Assembly: GCA_965208675.1 (NCBI GenBank)
Contig: OZ242351.1
Span: forward strand, 1,280,001 to 1,344,000
Direction: 5' to 3'
Source of the DNA: Candidatus Poribacteria bacterium
Lineage (GTDB): Bacteria > Poribacteria > WGA-4E > PCPOR2b
Length of the DNA: 64,000 nucleotides
The position numbers and the translations under genes are program-made. The notes beneath the pieces were generated by a model. It was not told the origin of the DNA and did no database searches. It was given only the letters and a program-made list of their open reading frames with translations. Shown here piece by piece: positions 60,232 through 64,000 of the stretch (its first letter is position 1; the number at the start of each line of letters is the position of its first letter).

Positions 60232-62388
60232 ATGATTTTGACGGATGTACCGATAGTCCGCTGTGACGGAATATTCGACATAATTTTCTATGATATCAAA
60301 GGAGAACTCTTTCCTGAAAACCACCGTTTGGCTTGTCAGGTTGATGTAACCTTTCGCAGTCTGATGAAGGCGTTGGACAAAGTGACATTCGCTTTGCATC
60401 CAACGCTAGAGGTTACTGAGGTGAAGGCGGCGGGCGAGGCACTGGCTTTCAATCGGGATACCAAAGGTATCGACCAACACGGGGACGGAAGCGTCCTTAA
60501 CATTTATCTAAAACGGCCATTGCTGCATGACGGTGAACTCACAATTACAATCAACTACCACGGTGAATTCATCGCTGGCGTGGAATCACGCTACGACGGA
60601 TACATCGGCGAGGAAGGGGTCTTCATCAGCCCGCACGCCGGATGGTATCCATACTGTGTTTATGCCGCTGTGCCGAACTATTTCCCTGATGTCCCCTACC
60701 TCTTGGAGATGCGCGCCCCATCGGGGTGGATGCTGTTTTTATATCCAGGCGATCCGGAGGTGACAGAACAGAATGGCAAGGTGACTTACAGTTGGGATTC
60801 CCGCCAGCCGCACCGGCGGCCGAGGGCAAATTGGGGAATAACAGTCATCGGCGGGAAGTATCATAAAATTGAGCGAAACATTGACAGCCACAAACTTACG
60901 TTTTTCAGCCTCGATAAAGACAGTACATCCGTTAATAAAATCCTCAACCCGTTGAATGAATGGTTAGAATGGACGGATAAAGTTGGCGGCACGGCTTCTG
61001 TGCCGCGCCACATCCAACTGGGAGAAACGGTGCACTTTTTTCAACCCAACCACGCAATGCCATACATAAAATTTTTTTCCCGGCACCTGATAGAGAACTA
61101 CCCGCGAAAATGGTTGACGATGCAATGGTTTGCGAGGGAAGAGATTCTGCGGCATTGGGGAGCATTATCCGGCACCGATTTGGGAGGCCTCTGGATGCTC
61201 GGGAACTATATCCTACTCCTGTTTCAGGCGAGTCGAGAGGATACGCCGGAAGGCTGGTTGGCAGCGGACTTGGAAAAACGCTCGCGTATGTATTTGTGGT
61301 GGCGAATTAGGAATCCATGGCTCGGACACAGCGAGCATTTGTTTGGCACACGAGATTATTGGATATTGTGGATGTGGCATCAAATCATCGGCGATGATTC
61401 GTTTTATCGCTCCCTCGCTCGATTGAGTGCCGGACCTCTGCCACAAGACCACCCCTTCACAATGAAAGATTTCTATCAATTGACCAGCGACGATTCAGGT
61501 ATTCCGTTCGAATGGTTTTGGGAGCAGTGGGTCGAAGGGGTCGGTGCAATGCAGTTTTGGTTCGAGAAAACAGCCGTCAAGGCGGACGGCGACGGCTATT
61601 CTGTAGAAGTATGGCTGGATCAGACAGGAGACCTGTATCAGGCGCCGCTAGTAGTGCTGTTGCGAACCGAAACAGAGGAAATACGCCGAAGAATCTTTAT
61701 TCGAGAGCGGATGAATCACCTAGTGTTTCGATGCCGCGGGAAACCTTTGGAAATAGAAATCGATCCGGAGAGGAAGGTTTTCAAAGCCTCGACGGTGAAT
61801 AGGTGCAAACCCATCGACATCGGGTTTTCGTTTCCGTTTGGAGAGGATAGATGGTCAGAGGCGTTTCGCCACGGAAAACGGCTAGTGATTGCGCCATCAG
61901 AATTGAAATCTGTTGCCGAAGCATTGAAGCCCTATCTGGAAAAGCGAGCGCGCCATGCGAGCCAGATAGTTAGTGCCGACCCGAACTTCGATCGCAGCCA
62001 GCGGTTTAGGGTTCCTGTAGAAATCCTCACGCCTGACGAAGTCAATGCTGAAATGTTGAGGTCGCATAACCTTGTATTAGTTGGCAACCCGCAGAATAAT
62101 CCTCTCATTAAAGAATATGGGTTAGACTCGCTTAGTTTTGGCGCGGACCGAATCGCCGCAGGAGAAATCGTAATTCGCTGCACCGATCAAGCCTTAATCG
62201 TCCTTGGCGAACATCCGATGAACCCGGAACGATTCTGTTTGCACGTCACGGGTTTATCCAATGAAGCCATGCAAGAACCACCTGACTTCACAGAGATGCC
62301 AGGCGATTTCCTCATTTATCGAAATGGAAAAGCATTAAAGGTAGGATATCAGAATCCGTACCGGCTGAAGTGTAAGTTCCAACTATGA
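60232..62388 (+). CDS. M1 aminopeptidase-like protein lacking HExxH
   Basis: M1 N-terminal beta-domain (LTITINYHG, GWYP), IIGDDSF, WFWEQW, IEIDP; zinc motif position reads AREEILRHWG. Confidence 0.75.
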   Translation: MILTDVPIVRCDGIFDIIFYDIKGELFPENHRLACQVDVTFRSLMKALDKVTFALHPTLEVTEVKAAGEALAFNRDTKGIDQHGDGSVLNIYLKRPLLHDGELTITINYHGEFIAGVESRYDGYIGEEGVFISPHAGWYPYCVYAAVPNYFPDVPYLLEMRAPSGWMLFLYPGDPEVTEQNGKVTYSWDSRQPHRRPRANWGITVIGGKYHKIERNIDSHKLTFFSLDKDSTSVNKILNPLNEWLEWTDKVGGTASVPRHIQLGETVHFFQPNHAMPYIKFFSRHLIENYPRKWLTMQWFAREEILRHWGALSGTDLGGLWMLGNYILLLFQASREDTPEGWLAADLEKRSRMYLWWRIRNPWLGHSEHLFGTRDYWILWMWHQIIGDDSFYRSLARLSAGPLPQDHPFTMKDFYQLTSDDSGIPFEWFWEQWVEGVGAMQFWFEKTAVKADGDGYSVEVWLDQTGDLYQAPLVVLLRTETEEIRRRIFIRERMNHLVFRCRGKPLEIEIDPERKVFKASTVNRCKPIDIGFSFPFGEDRWSEAFRHGKRLVIAPSELKSVAEALKPYLEKRARHASQIVSADPNFDRSQRFRVPVEILTPDEVNAEMLRSHNLVLVGNPQNNPLIKEYGLDSLSFGADRIAAGEIVIRCTDQALIVLGEHPMNPERFCLHVTGLSNEAMQEPPDFTEMPGDFLIYRNGKALKVGYQNPYRLKCKFQL

Positions 62389-62520
62389 ACTTAGATTCTG
62401 AGTACGAAAGAATTAACGGATTTGCAATGCTGGGCTCTTGAAGGTTGCGGAGTTGGCTAGGACGGGAATGATTCTTGCGTCCGATTCTTATTCAACAGCT
62501 CTCCAGCGTGCATCGGATTA

Positions 62521-62968
62521 ATCCTCCCCCTTACTATCGGGGAGCAAGAGGGGCATTGACAAATCGTCGGGAACCAGAATTCCCTCTTACCAAAATCCAA
62601 CCCCAGAAGGAGCCATCTCCGTATCGCGACGCGTACTCCCTCAATCATAGCCCATCAGTTAATTACACGAATCACAGTCTTTGTAGGTTGGGTAGAGCGG
62701 GTTATACCAAAACCGTTCCGATTGCTTTGACGGTTCAGTACCAAAAACATTGCTCATTGCAAATTACGTGTAGCGAAACCCAACGCTTTTCTGACCTCTC
62801 GAGTTTTCAAAAGCGTTGGGCTTCGCTACCCACTACCAATGCTTGAACGCAATCAACTCACCATCCTCATGCGTCATAACTCACATATTTCATCAATCCC
62901 GCTTTACTCAACCTACAGGAATTTTAAATCATAGCCCATCATTCAATCATACAAATCACAGTTCAGAC
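62521..62968 (+). repeat. Mosaic of four repeat types including a complete 234-bp double split-REP element (62683-62916)
   Basis: C-tract/G-tract hairpin 62521-62553; REP-A 62606-62630; AATC tracts 62643-62678 and 62927-62968; nested inverted repeats. Confidence 0.85.
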
Positions 62969-63015
62969 CATCTCTACGGATGTCCCCAGCCTATTTTGCG
63001 TGGTCGGTTTCTCCA

Positions 63016-63783
63016 TCAAACCGTAACGTTGCACCTATCGAAAGCCGCTTTCATTGCGTGGAAGGCATCGCCTTTCGGATTGAACTCATGACCCACATAG
63101 AGATTGTATCCGGTTTCCGCAATCGCGCGCGCAACCCCCGGATAGTAAATCTCCTGTGCGTCGTCAAGGTCGTTACGCCCCGGATTCCCCGCTGTATGAA
63201 AATGTCCGATATACTCGATGTTGTCCCGAATCGTGCGAATGAGATCGCCCTCCATAATCTGCATGTGGTAGATGTCATAGAGCAATTTAACCCGAGGCGA
63301 ATTTGCCCCTTTACAAACCGACACACCCCATGCGGTACTGTCGGACTGAACGTCTGGATGATCTACTTTACTGTTGAGCAACTCGAGGCAAAGATTGACG
63401 CCTTTTTCCTCCGCCGATTTTACCACGCGCAGCAGCCCCTCAACGGTATTATCCCGACCTTCTTCGTCCGATTTCCCCTCTCGGTTGCCCGGCAAACAGA
63501 TGAGTCCGGAGATATCATTCGCAGCGGCGAGCTCAATATTCGCCAACAATTCTTGTTCAATCCGATTGTGATTTTCGCGTTTATTCAGTCCGTCCGGGAG
63601 CGATTTATGTCCAACGATTATGCCAATTCGCATTCCATGCTCCCGAACAAGATCCCAGTGTTCTTGACCAAGCATCTCGACGGACTTATATCCGATTTTT
63701 GCAGCCTCGCGAATCACCTGTTCCGGCGTCGCACCACCGCGGGAAAAACAGCTGAAAACGATGGACTGGTTGATTGAACTCAT
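63016..63783 (-). CDS. hyi: Hydroxypyruvate isomerase-like TIM-barrel protein
   Basis: LELLNSKVDHP, LLYDIYHMQIMEG, GHFHTAGNPGRND, YVGHEF. Confidence 0.85.
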   Translation of the reverse strand: MSSINQSIVFSCFSRGGATPEQVIREAAKIGYKSVEMLGQEHWDLVREHGMRIGIIVGHKSLPDGLNKRENHNRIEQELLANIELAAANDISGLICLPGNREGKSDEEGRDNTVEGLLRVVKSAEEKGVNLCLELLNSKVDHPDVQSDSTAWGVSVCKGANSPRVKLLYDIYHMQIMEGDLIRTIRDNIEYIGHFHTAGNPGRNDLDDAQEIYYPGVARAIAETGYNLYVGHEFNPKGDAFHAMKAAFDRCNVTV

Positions 63784-63883
63784 GAATGCTCCTTTCCGTT
63801 ACGGTACCAGTTGCAGACGCCTAGAGATTTTCGCAAAAATAGCGGCGGTTTCACTTTACATCGGACAGAAACCGGGCGTTGGC

Positions 63884-64000
63884 TTATCTGTCCTCAACCG
63901 GAATAATTGTATCGGTGATTGCTCCGATTAACCCCTGATCGTTCCATCCTACCGGCCCCGCTCCAACGCGAGCGACGACCAAATCGAGCGAAGGTATAAC
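63884..64000 (-). CDS. 3' end of a probable serine hydrolase (beta-lactamase family), entering from the right edge
   Basis: VIPSLDLVVARVG...EDR* matches the typical C-terminal strand of this family. Confidence 0.55.
   Translation of the reverse strand, partial: VIPSLDLVVARVGAGPVGWNDQGLIGAITDTIIPVEDR

Noticed and set aside
46236-62916. CRISPR array or DGR interpretation of the conserved-flank/variable-insert repeats
   Set aside because: Copies are dispersed rather than tandem, three inserts are mutually homologous, differences are not adenine-specific, and there is no cas or reverse transcriptase gene in the window.
62980-63777. 265-aa plus-strand ORF (likewise 25158-25721, 49454-50077, 52006-52614)
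   Set aside because: Antisense shadows of well-supported genes, with no recognisable motifs.
1-64000. tRNA/rRNA genes, prophage, IS transposase or known defence system
   Set aside because: No T-loop/cloverleaf, rRNA, integrase, transposase or defence-gene motifs recognised.

Overview
Bacterial chromosomal window. It is most likely Candidatus Poribacteria or a relative; this is inferred from three secreted proteins (two LamG-type) ending in a VxPxxKLATxWGxIK-type tail and from three PhyH-family dioxygenases. Core content: phoR-phoB convergent with pstSCAB-phoU (clear Pho box upstream of pstS), thiI-rtcA-glnD, a cyclophilin, KamA, gpmI, a stand-alone divergent EF-G, a tandem thymidylate-kinase-like pair, a ROK kinase, aroC, an ABC exporter, Wzi, a CRTAC1-like protein, leuS, rnj and hyi. 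There are also pseudogene remnants (GH127-like, MgtE). I saw no tRNA, rRNA, CRISPR array or transposase. Most unusual observations: (1) a strand-polarised, modular intergenic repeat system of GTAG-REPs, 'split' REPs holding a fixed 69-70 nt insert that diverges with a codon-like pattern, and 9-nt-period AATC tracts; (2) a shared C-terminal sorting-like motif plus a PorV/FadL-like barrel; (3) a consensus promoter driving a candidate sRNA/attenuator and a GGRCAC-rich tract, upstream of an ECF sigma, a short anti-sigma-like ORF and an M1 peptidase homolog lacking its zinc ligands; (4) a PhyH protein with a halogenase-like HxG motif; (5) twin membrane-anchored coiled-coil paralogs built from 7- and 11-residue modules. 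All calls are by eye from motifs; no searches were run.
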